Assembly: GCF_009914755.1 (NCBI RefSeq)
Contig: NC_060931.1
DNA from: the human T2T-CHM13v2.0 reference genome, Homo sapiens
Length of the DNA: 64,000 nt
Strand: one strand, 5' to 3'
The stretch's first letter is position 1; every line of letters starts with the position of its first letter. Both the position numbers and the translations under genes were made by a program. Under the pieces are notes generated by a model. The model ran no database searches. It was given only the letters and a program-made list of their open reading frames with translations, and was not told where the DNA came from. Of this stretch, positions 1-15,100 are shown piece by piece.

Positions 1-923
1 GTCAGCTGACTTTTTCATATTCTGGTAGACTCCTCCTTAATGTATAGCTGCCATACATACAGGAATCATCTTTTTATTTTGCAATGAGTTACCTAGCATA
101 AGTGAATGATTCAAATGTGCTAAAAATCAGTAGACTAAATTAATGCTGATTAAAAGAGCCTATGATAGCAAGCCTATAGATATAATTCTTGTCTATAAAA
201 TATATCATAGCTATTACCAAAGAAATTAATCTAAAACTTAAAATTACCAATACTAGCTAGATGTCAATAAATATTACTAATATCAACAGATAATTCTAAT
301 CCTTTTGGTCTATCTGCATGGGTAATCTTCAGGCATGTAGCCTGCAGATTTCCTCAATACTTTGAGTTGTTCAATATCATTACTAATGTTTGGAGGTTCC
401 CCACCCCAAGGATTTCCCTTTCCATTTCTATCAAGTTTCAGCAGATCCTTTTCTGAAGTTTAAGTAAGACAAGCGGCTTGCCTGTTCCATATCAATTTGA
501 CTTGGAATTTAGAAGCTAACCCTTCCTCCTCTTCCTCTTCATTTTCCTTACTTTACTAGCCTCATCTCCCTTGTTTTACTTTCTTCTCAAGTTCTTTTTT
601 TCCATGCTTTAAGTATTAATTTAAAAGCTCCCCTTTCCTATGCTCTAAGAAAAAAGAATAGCAGAAGGAACAGAAGACAGGTTTAGAAGGGTGATCAAAC
701 ATGAAGAAACAAGAATTTTGAAGCTCCTACGCCTTTGAAGCTCCTACTCCTTTAAAGCTCAGCTTCTCTCTCCGCAATGGCCAAAAACAGATGGACATTC
801 TAGAAAGACTAAAAGAAAGAAGATGCTAGGTAGGAGGAGACAGAATGTTGAAGGGAGGAACTCATCTCAAGTTCTTCCTTCTTCTAATCTCTTCTTTCCA
901 CAACTCATATGCAGTGGCCTTTA

Positions 924-1268
<345 letters not shown>

Positions 1269-1879
1269 TCAGAGTAGGTAAAAGGGACAAATGGCATGAA
1301 GTAAAATTCCACTCACACACACACAAAAAAATTCCCCAGGGTGCCTCTAGATAAATTGCTCAAGTGTTGTTCTCCACCCCTCTCCCAGGCCAATACACAA
1401 CACTAGGCCACCTCACACCTGAACTTCTGGTTGAGCCAGAAGAGCACTAGAAGTCTGAGGGCAGGGCCAGAAGCCCAGCAGAGCCCCAGGCAGTGGGCCC
1501 AGCCATCACCTCTGCAGGGCTGGGACTACATTTGCCCCCCAAACAACCCTCAGAAAGTTGGGTAGGAGGAGCAGTGGGGAAGGTCAAAGGCAACTTGGGT
1601 TGGCACCAACGAGGCCTCACTCACCTTCCACCAGGCTCCAACCCTGGCTATCTCAGATGGTGCAAGAGTCTTCTAACTCTGTCTTCCAACTTCCAGTTAA
1701 ACCAGAAGCTGGACATTCAAGGGAGGGGCCAGGAATGTGGCCAGCCAGGTACAGGGACATTACTGCCACACTTCCCATCATGGCCCACAAGTGAGATCCA
1801 GGCCACACAGGTGTACTTGTTGGACAGAAACATTCTGAGATTCTATTTAAAAAGTCTTCTATTCCAGATATTAAACAAT

Positions 1880-2110
1880 CATGACTGCCATTTGCTGGCC
1901 GCTTACTATATATGGCCTGGACTCACCACGAAATAGGTCATTTAATTCTAACAACAACCCTATACAGTAGATACAGTAATTACCTCCCCTTTAGATACTA
2001 GAAAACTGGAGCCTAGAAGGACAAAAGAAAGTCAATTCCAACTAATAAAGGACAGATTCAGAATTCCATTCCAGATAAAACTGACTACAAAACCCACATT
2101 TTTAACCATC
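1880..2110 (+). mobile_element. MIR fragment
   Basis: TCATTTAATTCTAACAACAACCCTAT...TTTAGAT...GAAAACTG, resembling the MIR core. Confidence 0.55.
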
Positions 2111-2298
2111 ATATGTAGAAAACCAACCTTCTACACTTTTCAAAGTACTCCTCCTGGATGGGCCTTCAGAGCACTTTGACCTTGTTTTGTTACAGGAACA
2201 GAATTCAATAGCAAGATGGCAAATAGTTTTCCTCTATTTGTCAATGTGCCTGAGGCCAGAAGTAGATTCTAGAAATCAGATAAACAAGTGGCAGAGAT

Positions 2299-2602
2299 AG
2301 CCAGGTGCGGTGGCTCACGCCTGTAATCCCAGCACTTTGGGAGGCTGAGGCGGGTGGATCACCTGAGGTCGTGAGTTCGAGACCAGCCTGACCAATATGG
2401 TGAAACCCCATCTCTATGAAATACAAAAAATTAGCTGGGTGTGGTGGTGCATGCCTGTGAACCCAGCTACTCAGGAGGCTGAGGCAGAAGAATCACTTGA
2501 ACCCAGGAGGCAGAGGTTGCAGTGAGCCAAGATTGCACCATTGCACTCCTGAACAACAAGAGTGAAACTCTATCTCAAAAAAAAAAAAAAAAAAAAAAAA
2601 AA
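2299..2602 (+). mobile_element. AluS (Sq/Sp-like) with 16-bp TSD
   Basis: Dimer with polyA; TSD AAACAAGTGGCAGAGA at 2282-2297 and 2603-2618. Confidence 0.95.
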
Positions 2603-3920
2603 AAACAAGTGGCAGAGAGAATCCATTTACAAAACAGAATTTGAGGGAGTTAGTGTGTGGGAGCGTATGTTCTGGGCTCAGTCTAGCTCAGAGCTGATTT
2701 GTCTCAAGGTTAAAGTATTTCCCTTGCCTTTTGGGGGGAACCAATACATGAAAATATATCAACCATGAACTTTAGTCACAGCTGTAAATAAACAGATAAC
2801 ATATAAACATGTGTTCAAGAGGTCCCTAAAGCATAAGCACTTTGTCCACTAAGTTCTTTATTTTCCAAGTCTCATTTTCCCAAAAGATACTGACTGCCCC
2901 AAAGGAGAGGTATAATAAAGTATTGGAAACGTTCTGGGAACTTACTGAAAAAAACAATAGATGCAACAAATGAAGACAAAGTCAATACTGTCTTTATGTT
3001 CAATGGCCCCTAGCTCTTAAAATAAGCATACCCTTATGATTTTACAGCAGTTGCAATGATAAATGGAATTGATAATTTAACATATTTATAAAATAAACAT
3101 TCTGCACAGTTTTTCCCCTTCCACAGAGGCCTTAAGAATCCTCATGATTATGACTTTGGGGGCATTAGGACTATTTATAAGAGATTCTTGTCAGCCCAAT
3201 CTGCAATTATGATTTCCACCCCCCCGCCCCAGCCCCTGTGGACTCTGAAGAGTCCCCTATTTGTAGTTATCAAGGGAACTCCCACTTCCCATGGAGAGAG
3301 AATGACAGTAGGATGTTATCACTTAGCTTCCCCATTCTCTCAAAGTCCCCCAACCGAATTTTCAGGATTGCTCTTCCTTTCGTGTACTATGAGACAATAG
3401 CAGGTGTTCCCCGCTTCACCCCTTTCTATTCTACAGACTCCTCCAAGGAAGATGGATGCTCCTCTAGAACAATGACCACAAGAAAACAACAGAAGCAAGA
3501 AAAGTCAAAGATTATACCTACCCAAATCTCCATCAAAAACAAGACTCAGAAGCCTGCAATCATATAAATAGGCCTATGAGATGACTCAGCTTCCTAAGTA
3601 ATATGATTTAGGGAGAATCAAAGGATATATATATATATATATATTCCATTACTTTTATGTATTCATTTTCAATCAGTATTTATTGAGCACTTTCTGTGTG
3701 GGAGTTACTAGAAGATGAAGATAAAATGGTCATGGGGTTGTCAGATTTAACAAATAAAAATCCCATATTTTATCTGGCAATTCTAAATTGTCAGCAAGAG
3801 ACCATGCCTACCACAAGGAACTCACAATCTAGTGCCCTGTGCATTCCCTAAAATTTTGAAATCTCATTAACACCTTAGCAAAACTGATTTATCTGATTAG
3901 CTTCAAAGTCCATAACCTGA

Positions 3921-4424
<504 letters not shown>

Positions 4425-6550
4425 CTATTGCTGAGAAACTCAGCTTGTTTCACCTGCATTCCAAATAGGTGACAAGTTCACAAAAAATGTTGTCAAGGTT
4501 GGTAAACATTTCAATTAGACCTGAGCAGAACATCTAGTGAGATCTCATGCCAACTTATGGTTTGGGGTGGAAACCATACAAAATGTGGTGGTTTTATAGG
4601 GTTTGAACCTGAAAGCAAGCAAAATGTGGTGGTTTGGGCTGTGTTTTTCTTGGAGTTTTTTACATACTCAGGCATAAAAATTCACAGTCAAGCTTGGGAG
4701 GTCCAATCTGAAACAATAAAGTTTTCACACTATCCTTTCAGCAACCACAAGGAATAGGCTTCCAAAAGAAGTTGTAGACTCTTGTTTGAATATCTTTTAA
4801 CTATGGTTGATAGATGGACTAGTTAGGCCATGTTTATGTGACAAAAACTGATTTTGATGTTTGGAAAGAGGAAAGAGGTCGTCTTTTCCTGGACCAACAT
4901 TACCTACATAGGAAAAAGACAGCAAGACTTTTTTATGCATGCTCTTTGTGTTAATAATAAAACCAGTTAATGATTAGGTCCATTGGCAGAAATTTCTTGG
5001 TTAGCCTGCTGTGAGCAACTCCATAGCTTGAATCTAAAGTGAGAGTGGGCTGAGGAAAATATTTGTTTTGTCTTGTATGTCAGTTATTAAAGCCACTTCA
5101 AATCCTTCATGGAAATATATGCGGCATAAATAAATGAGAAGTGCCACAAAAGAAGTGCAGAGATGGAAAAAGACATTCACATGGCAAACTTTACCATAGC
5201 CCATGCTAGTAATTTACCATTTCCTAATCTTAGGATTCCAAATCCCAAATTGTATTTTGCCCAGTGCAAGATACAATTTCTGCCCCTCCACTCCTTCCCT
5301 TTCTTTGATCTCCTTTGTCTGAGCAGGCAACTAAAATCTTCATGAAAACATTTGAGTGTGAGGTTAGCACTGTCTTGGATGTCAAGCAGTACAGGTTCTA
5401 TAATGGCTTCAGAGTGCCTTGGATGGGTACAAGAAAACAGACTTGGATGACCCTCCGCAAGTTCTTTTTATAACTTTCTGTGAGGTTCATTCTCTGAATC
5501 TGCAACCAAATCAAAATATTTACTATGTTCTTTAGTTTGAAAACCTGAATATCCCTTCATCATTAATAGAAATTCTAATGTTCTCACAATGGTGTAAAAT
5601 TTCATTTTTTCTTTTGTAATTTTGTAGTGCTAAATTTAATTTTCAAGGGGGCAAGGGAAAAGGTTATAAACATAAATTACGGTTTACATGAGCAGAACAG
5701 CAGGAATCATTATTATTATCACTTACCTCATATATTTATTAAGTTATTCCAGGAAAACCTAGTTAATTTACATCTTGTGCCTTTGAAACATTTGATAACT
5801 CCAAGTTGGGGAATTGGCTTAACTTTTCCTTTGGTAGAAGAGAGTTTACAGATCTAATTAAATTAGCTTTGCAGGGGGTGATTAATCTCCTTAAGGAAAT
5901 AGACTGCTTTCAAACACTCCAGTAACAACTGTTTCTAATGATTAATGAAATAAATACAAAGAATTCTGGCCTACTAATTAAAGCAGATCCAATTATGAGT
6001 CTTGGCCACAGAATATTAATCCCTGGCTTATGTAAATATGTTATATATAATAGATTACAATATTTTATAATTCTGACATATCATAGTTTATACTGGTCTT
6101 CCCTAAAATTAGCCTAAGACAGTGAGGGCTTCATTGTATTTCTGTTCAACAGTTGTAGGCGCCCAAGATGCCAGCAAAATACATCTAAATAGCTTTTTGA
6201 AATGTTTATGATCCCTCCAGTCCCTGTTAACTATAATATGTGATGACATAATTGGATTCATTGGAAGCCCACTTGGCTAGGACATTGTGGTAGTTGAAAC
6301 CTATTAGCACTCAAGTAAATAATCCAAATCACCATCCAACGAATATGCATAAACCATATATTGAATAGTACAATCGAATGTCTAAGGATTGGACAGGTAA
6401 CCCAACATGTTTATAAGTTCTTCAATTAAGATAGAAACTCACCAAAAATAGTTTGTCCTGAAAATGTCAAGAATTCATTACAGAGCCCACAATCAAACCT
6501 CTTCATAAAGTTACTCAGGGAGAATAACAGGTTCCTTTTAGCACTCCTTC

Positions 6551-6807
6551 CTTTTTTTTTTTTTTTCCTTCTTTTTTTGAGGTGGGGATCTTGCTCTGTC
6601 ACCCAGGCTGGAGTGCACTACAGTCTCAAACTTCTAGCTCAAGAGATCCTCTCAAGTAGCTAGGACTACAGATGCACACCTCTATGCTTGGATAATTCTT
6701 ATTTTATTTTATTTTTTTTTTTTGTAGAGACAGGAGTTTTACTTTGTTGTCTGGGCTGGACTCAAACTCCTGGCTTCAAGCAACCCTCCCACCTTAACCT
6801 CCTAAAG
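6551..6807 (-). mobile_element. Old AluJ-type, partially deleted
   Basis: PolyT followed by reverse Alu motifs; TSD-like TTTAGCACTC on both sides. Confidence 0.85.
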
Positions 6808-6929
6808 TTTAGCACTCTTCTTGAGAAATACTAACTAGAGAAAACTAAGGACAGAAGAATCCATCCAATTACAACTTATTTATAAATGTAAACCAAACAG
6901 AAAGAAAAAATTGAATACGTATTTTTTCA

Positions 6930-7520
6930 GTGTACATATACTGAGTATTTACTATCCATCAGGCTCAGTTGTGAGTTGAGAAATATAAATATTATGTTGT
7001 GCTTGCTACAACTTATAGTTTAAAAAAGGAGACAGATAAATAAAGCAACAATTACCATAAAACTTGCAAAATGCTGTAAAAGAAATAAGCAGAGGATACT
7101 ACGGAGGCATAAAAACAGGCACCTAATTCCAAGCATTGGAGATTTCCCCAAGGCTAATGTCACTTGAGCTGAGCTGGAGAGGTGAGAAGTCAGCCAGGTG
7201 GGCAATGAACAAAGGAGGGCTTTCCAGAATAAGGGGATAGCATATGCAGAAGTAGAAACTAAAAGGACTTGTTAAACATTACATTAACGCTAATATTAAG
7301 CATTAACTAGTATTCTTTGATCATTTACTTTTCACAAAGCAACTTGGTAAGCATTTTACAGGCATTTGTCTCATTTAATTCTACCATTACCATTTAAACC
7401 AGTTCTATTATTATTCCAATTGTACTGAAAGAAACAGGTTTAGAGAAGTAAAATAACTTATTGAAGATTTTTCAACAGTCTGACTCTAAAGCCCCCCACC
7501 GCCACTAGACTCTAACTGCC
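6930..7520. mobile_element. L2 and MIR fragments
   Basis: L2-like TACTGAGTATTTACTAT...GGAGATTTCCC; MIR-like TCTCATTTAATTCTACC...GAAACAGGTTTAGAGAAGTAAAATAACTT. Confidence 0.5.
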
Positions 7521-10500
7521 TCCCCAGCTATGCCACAGTGGTGCTTGTCTGTCCTCTGTAGGCAATGAAAAGCCACACAAAAAATTTTAGGTGAATCTCC
7601 TAAAAGTAAGCACAACATTTTTTTAATGTGAAAATGACTCCCTTTTTTTGGTCATTTAAAAAATCCTTTGGTTCAATACCTTGATTATGTCCTTGTTAAA
7701 TTTGATTTCTATCTTGTTCAGAAAAGGAATCATGACTTAAGAAGGACCTATTGTGCATGTGAATCACAACCCCCATAATGAAGAGAGAGGTGAAAATGAT
7801 GCTGTTTCCAATAAGTAGGGATGGGAAGTGTCATGTGTCACTCTGATATGCGATACAGAAATCAACATGAGTTGTCACACCATGCATACAGGGTAGGACT
7901 TATCATTTATACCTACTCTTATGGAGGCAGGGTCAGATTTCTAAATCTAAATACTTTAAATTCAGAATACTTCTCCAGCAATCTTTGCTTTTTAATTGAT
8001 GGTCTTTAAAGGGCAAGATTTGCTTAGAACCATGTTTAAGAGAGAAGAGTGGAACTATAGTGATCTAAAATGATCTAATTTTCTAGAAAATTACTACTTT
8101 CTCCAAGCTGTATAAACTTTAATTAAGAAGACAAGGAGGTCTATTCTCTCTTCTTACACACATACCACATACCAGGCTCTTGGGATACTGATAAAAGGAA
8201 GACAGTGGACTGAAAAGATTAAAATTTTTAACAAAACTCTAAATATAATTAAGATGGAATGTTTACTGCCATCTTTAAGGACCAAAAAGTAACCAACATT
8301 TGTTGCTCCTCTGGAAAGAAAATATCTTTCACTTCAAAATATGGGTAAAGTCAGCTTATAAAGTAATCTGTAGAAAGAAATTAAGTCACAAGTAAGACAA
8401 AACAAAAATCAGCTCATATGAGCACAATACATTTTTCAGCTAAATATCACCAAAATAAGCATTCCTGGGACACTTAATGCGATGCTTTGTGCATCTGTAT
8501 CCAATAACATGTTCTCAACATCTCCTAAAGGGATATTTTGGTAGCTTCCACTACATATTCTCTAGAACCTGACTTTAATGGTAGCAGATTTAGAAGAACA
8601 GATAAAAAAAAAAAAAAAAGAAGGCCACTAAGGTGAGAGCACACACTGAATATGAAAATATCCTCCACAATTCACAGTACATAATCTATGGCCACAAAAG
8701 GTTTCTCTTCCCCTACTTTCTATTCATGTGGCTCTCTTTCACCTGCTTTCTCTCCTTGCCCTCTTTCTCCCTAAACTTTCTTTTCCCACTTGAGTTCTCC
8801 TACCAAACCAGTTCTAAAATCACTTCAAAAGGACATATTTGAAGCAAAGAAGTTTAATGTACTTTGTCCTACATGTAAAAGCATTTGGGTAGCCTTGGTG
8901 TCAGTGTGATTTCGGCTGTCATCAAGACTGGCCCACTGAGGTTAAATGAAAATCAACTTCAATAGGAATAATGTGAAAGAGAATAGCATTTTTAACAAAT
9001 TCAGATATCTTCATGTGTTCCTCCCAATCTACAAATTTTGAAGAAAGCTGGGTGGCAGCTACAACTTCGTAAGTAGCCTCCTGTGATATGTTGATGTTAC
9101 CACAGCAAATTGGGAAATGAGGGGAAGGATGTGTGTTTAGCACAAATGCTTATGATCATGTGCACATCACTTGTGTTGAGAATGTAGCTCAGCTATATTA
9201 ACTAGACTAACTGATTAACTATATTTATATATATGGGATATGGGCTGAAAAGCACTATAAAATTTATCTGCATGTGTATATGCAAGCAGAGAGAAATGCT
9301 GTATTATCTGTATAAATATCAGGTAGCATAAAATAAAATACCCCTGCAGTTGTTTGTTTAGGGACACATTTGGATTGAGTGAGCATTATAACAATCATCT
9401 CTTTCAGAGGCACAAAAACATCACACTTTTTAGTTTTAATAAAGTCTAGTTTTTGGCAGTTCTTTTATCACACCTGTCATCTCCTAAGCTTTGCTTAGCC
9501 AAAGCACTCAGACTTGAATTTTTGAAATTGTCAATAAAGGCTTTCTAATCTTTAAGTCTTAAATTATCTAAGCAGATTAACTACCATTATTCTATGCTTA
9601 CAGGACTCCAGGGTAAAAGACAGCAGAGAAAATACAACTTTTTTTTTTTTTTTTAGGCAATTAAGTCCCTGTGGAGGTTGTGTTTGGGGCATGTATTTGG
9701 AATATGGTCCAATGTGTTTATGTAAATAACCAAATAGACATGGTGAGTACATTAATTCCAGTATCTAGATTTATAAGACAGCTCTAAGAAGCTTAATTGT
9801 CCCACTTTTAAATTACAAGTTATTCTTAGTTCATATTGGCAATTCTCCAGTTTGCAAGCAATGAATGTCCTGAAGCCAAGGGAGATATCTTGAAGGAAAA
9901 AAATAAATAAAAAGAAAAAAAGAAAGCTCATTTTCACAGCAGCGCCTATCTCTGTGGTGACCTGATTTCTGCTATGATCTCCTTTCTGAGATCAAAGCAG
10001 GATTAATGTGATTCTTTACTGTTTGCATTGCACATCTCAAAGCTCTGGAGACTTAAGAAATAAGTACAAATGCAGCCCTTGAACAGAGGGGAAACTGAAC
10101 TTGAGTGGGGTGGGTTAATAGCACGAAATAGCACGAGGGACAGCTAACTATGAAAAGTTATTTGGGATTTGGAAGGCAATACAGAATTTAGAGTATTTTG
10201 TAAGCACTGTTGCTTTCTCTTTTCTCATTTTCTGGGGCAGTCTTTCGGTTGGTTGATGAGGCCAGCACTGAATGTCATCTTATTAATAGTCTCCATAATG
10301 ACCTTTTAGCTCATTTGGAATGTTTTGCAGCTGCTAGTATGCATGAAAAGGGAAGGGAAGCCTGCTGCATGTTTTCACAAGAAAGCACTTTCACATTGCT
10401 ACAACCAGGCATTTATAAGGAGGATTTAAAAGACGGGAAAATCTTTTAAAATATCAAAATGTTGAGCTTTTGTGTTTCCACTGCATGTTACATTACTGGA

Positions 10501-12212
10501 TACTGGAACTCCTAAAGGGTGAGTGTTTCGGCAGCCTTTCAGAATTGCTTGCTCTTTTGTTGAAGAAAAGGCAAGTCCCATATTCCTGGGATCTCAGAAG
10601 GCGAAAAGAAAATCGCTTTTATTCTTAATGCTTAGTGTACACACTACTTGGGAAGGGAGAAGCTCACCTCCTCCAAAAACGTGACTGTGATTTTACCTGC
10701 ATTACCTAGAAGAGGGCACGCCACAGTGTAGCCCAATTTGCAATTTTATTTGGACTCAGTACTCTATGGGAGAACAGGATCGCGGGGCTGGGGGTGAAGG
10801 TTTTCTCAGCCTGGAATGTGACACCACGGTTTCCACTCTCGGCTTATACAATTCCACCCAAAGCTCAACTTTTCCACAACTCTGCAAGCCTAGCCACACA
10901 AAGACATCCATACAACAAGAAGTCCCAACACCTGCAGCCCATTCAACCAGCTGAGCCCTGCTTTTTCACAGGGTACAGAATTTCTCGGACAACTTCTTCA
11001 TGTTCCCTCTTCCAAGTTCTTTTAGGTTAGCACTCGCCCTGTCTTTTCTCTCACCATTTCCTCCCCCTTCCTCTCCTGCCCTGGCTGGAGGCCACACTCT
11101 AAACCTGTCCTCGCTACGCTACTCGGCCAAAGCCCAGGAGGTGACCTGAGATGAAGGTAGTGCAGGGTAGAACAGGGAGAGAGTTCTCTACACGACCGCA
11201 CACCAGGGGACCGGGGGTCCTTGCTGCGTAACCCCTGCCTTGGCACCCAAAGAAATTCCACCTACTTTTTCTTAACGTCCCTTATACCAGTCCCGCGTGG
11301 AGCCAGAAGATGCGGGGAGCTTGGAGTCAGGCTCTTTCTAGGGAGTTGGGAAGGGGGTCCCACGTGCTGGAGCGCCGGCAGCCGCAACCCAGCACCTACA
11401 CCTTCGCCTCTGCGGTCCTGGCGGCGCCGGCCTCCCACTGCCCACCCCAAGCTCCTACCTGAAGGGGAAATTCACCCGAAGAACCTTGTGAGTTGCCTCA
11501 ACTGGAAAAGGAGTTGGGTCCAGAACACAATTCTCAGGGCCAAGAATAGGGGAGACAGAATCTCAGTACCTAAATACTCTATGCTCGCCCCCTAACTGTT
11601 TTCACCACAACAAACAAGCAAATTGGACTTTCTTGGGCCGTTTCCTTGCATTATTTAGCTTCATCTGACGGTGTCAACTGTTTTCTCATTATTATGCTGA
11701 ATTTCTTAACAAGGAAATTTTCAGCTGAACTAAGATTGTTTGGAATCCATAACAAGGATTGTTCGGAATCTGTAACTAGGAATTGTGGCTGTCTGGAAGA
11801 AGTCGCCTGAACATTCTATTGGAGAAGTTCGGAACATCAATAACAACTCACCCTCTGCCTTTCTCTTTCTAATTTTATACTATTATTGTCTGTGCAGCCC
11901 TGGTTTGCCCAGCGGTGTCCTATCACGGGGAAACAGTCATGTAGCTAAAATCATAGTAGTGAGGGACCCATGATTCGTTTAAAAAATGTGAAGTTTTAAA
12001 ATGTTGGATTTTTTTGAAGCTTGAACTACTATCTGAAATCTCGAATACAATTAGTCGTTGCGTCTTAAAGGCCTTTATATCATTGAAAATTTCCTAACAG
12101 CCTGTATAACTTTGAAACAAAACGTTAGTGTTATAATTCAATAAAAGTTATTTAATTATTAAAACACAGTGAGGGCCTCGTAAGTTTTATAGCTTCTGTC
12201 AAGACATTGCTA

Positions 12213-12612
12213 ATGTGTGTATGTGCGTGTGTACATATATATGTACACACATATATATGTACACACACACACACACACACATATATATACATATACATAT
12301 ATATGTCAAGGAAGAAGCAAACCCAGATTTTAGGGTTGGATCTTTATTTAATATGTAATATCTATGAGGTATCCAAGTCCAGAAATCAACTCACCAGTTC
12401 TGTACAGGATTCTGTATGGAGATCAAATCTGGGATTTCTAAAGTTAAGAATTCAGGCCTTGGAAATGGATTAGATTAGATCTACCTGAGCTTATTTTAAA
12501 AAGAAAGAGAGGGAGGGAGAGAGAGAGAGACAGGGAGAGAAAAGAGAGACAGACAGACAGAATATACATATACATATATATAGAGAGAGAGAGAGAGAAA
12601 TAGAGTATGTGT
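12213..12612. repeat. Compound (TG)/(TA)/(CA) and (GA)/(TA) microsatellites
   Basis: Seen at 12213-12305 and 12500-12612. Confidence 0.9.
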
Positions 12613-13949
12613 GTTATAGGCTGTTTTTTTTAAGATCTCATTTTTAAATGTCCTGTTTTGGATGTGATCCCTTGAGTTCAATACATGATCTTTTTCAACT
12701 TGCAAAGAATCTAAGTTTTGAGGAAGGGAAGCACAGGCTTCAGCCTCTATTTCATATTTTTAAAGTCACAGCATACCAACTCTTATATTTCCTAACTTAG
12801 AAACAAAACTTAAAAGGTAAATTTGGAAAATTAACTTAAAAGAGACACATAATAGAGGATAACTTATCTATATCTATCTGTATATCTATATATCTTTACA
12901 GAAATAAATGTTTTTAAATTAGTAAAGATCTAAGGGTAATTAAATTATATAGTATCCTGAAATACATAACATGGGAGGAGGGCCTTAAAAATTATTCCAT
13001 CTAGCAATACTTGTATATACACAACTAGTAAGAAGTCCATAACTATCAATAGCCAGCAGTGCTTGCAAATTATATTGAATTGAAACGCTACTGAAAGAGT
13101 TTATCTTTCATTGTAGTTTGGAATTGTGTGAAGGTATGTTATGTACATGATCTATGTATATATAATTCTTATACTTTATATATATTTAGACATGCACTTC
13201 TTTTTAAATGTTTATGTGGTTAGTCACTTTAAGAGCATCAAAATAAATTGTGCGTTGGCTTACACTATCTCCCAGATATTCACAAACACTGATGAACAAA
13301 AATCTTTATATAGGAAATGAAGAGCTACCCATTTAAAGAAAAGAATGGAAAGGGGAACTCGATTTATTCTCATTTGTTTATCGCTAGATTTCCCCCCACC
13401 CCCCTGCAAATTCATTTGAATAGCTTTCAAGCCGGAAAATGGAAATGTGGCTCCTGCCCTCTATTTCAGCGGCAGCAGCAGCGTCCTGGCAACAGCGCAA
13501 TTTTCTATCATCAAGGATAAATGGCATCGAACAGAACATTCTGATAAAAAAAAAAAAAAGAAAGAAAAAGAAAGAAAGAAAGAAAAAAAGCTTCAGCCCA
13601 AGGAGCCCATGATTGCTGGCCTTCCTGTCTGTCATCCCTTTACAAAATCCTCTCCGCAAACCTGAGCGGCATGCTGTCAGAGCTAATAACGTCTTCTGAA
13701 GGGGCTGGGGGGCGGGGGGAGCACAGTCTTCCCTGCACAATGTTCCCATTTATTAAATCGAGTGCTTATTTTAAAATTGCAAATATCTTTGTTTGGTTCA
13801 CTGAAAATTAAAACCAAGATGTAGGAAGCTACATGATGCGACAATTATTCGTGTCATATCAGAGAATCAAACCCCTATCTCTCCCTTCTCCTGGTTAAGG
13901 CTGGATGAGGGGGAAGGGGGAGTTTGGGGGTATTCGGGACAGGAGGTTT

Positions 13950-15100
13950 CTGGTGGAAAAATACAAATCGGTTCGCCCTGCAGGTAAGCTGAGAGTAATT
14001 GAAAGCCGGAGCAGCGATGCCTGTTTCTACCAGGAAGAAAGAGCTAACTGTGATTCCAGGAGCGCGTGTGGGCGCGGTCCTCGCCGCGACGCCGCGCGCG
14101 GGTCAGGCTCAACTGCGAACCTTGCCACCGAGCTTTCCCGCGGGAGGCTTCGAATATAACCTTGCCTATTTCTCGCCTACTGAGATTTCTTTCCAGAAAA
14201 GGACATTCTCCTGCTCCGAGGAGATGGATCCCTGAGGTCCCCATGCCCGCACAGGGTGTCCTGGAGGAGTTTAGAGGACACTCCTGGGGCCCTTCCCTGT
14301 GTAGTACGCTTATTCCCGAGGTGGGGGCTGAGAATCGACGAGCAGCGCCCCCCACACTGGGATTGGGGGTGGTCGAGGGGCTACAGATGCCCGCATTGGG
14401 CTTCTTAGCGGCCTAGGCTGATGCCTGGAGGTAGGGGGGATTGGGTTTGGCTGGCGACTAGCTTTAATGCCCATCGAGTTCCTGGGACACCCAAGTTCAG
14501 CACTTCTGCATGAAACCGAAACGGCCAGGGAGGGGCGGAGTGGGCCGAGGCTGAGGGAGCGGCGGTGTTGACACCCTCTTCCCACCCAGGATCGATCGAT
14601 CGGTAGGGAATTTTTTATCTTTGGGAAGGAGAGGTGAGGAAGCGGACCTAAAACGAGGGGAAAATTCGAATTTAATATCCTGTATAGGAGGTCAAAAGAA
14701 AAAAAATGATGGCGAGGAATGCAGAGGGCCCTAAATGGACCCTAAGATGAAGTACGGGTGGTGGCTGGAGAGCTGGGACTGGAAGGTGGGGCTGGGGGAG
14801 ACGGGTAAGCAGCTTGCTTTGGTGAGGAGCTCCCACGCTGAGAACGGTGGGAGGAGGGAATGATGGGGAAACCTTTGTTTAATGAGGAAACCTAATTATT
14901 GCGCATCTGGAAGTCTTAGTCCCTACTACCAGACGAAGGCGGGTACCTGAGGGATGCAGTGCGCATGCCCGAGCCGTCGGATTTGCATGATAAGGCTCGC
15001 ACGTGAGCCAACTCCGGCGCAGCCCAGGCTGTGCCGCGGCCGGCCGCCAATAGAATCTTGCTCCTACTGCGCCTCCAGGTCACATTGACATCTCGGTTTC
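13950..15100. other. CpG island (orphan, within the DLX6-AS1 span)
   Basis: GC-rich with dense CpG (e.g. CGCCGCGACGCCGCGCGCG); boundaries judged by eye. Confidence 0.7.
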
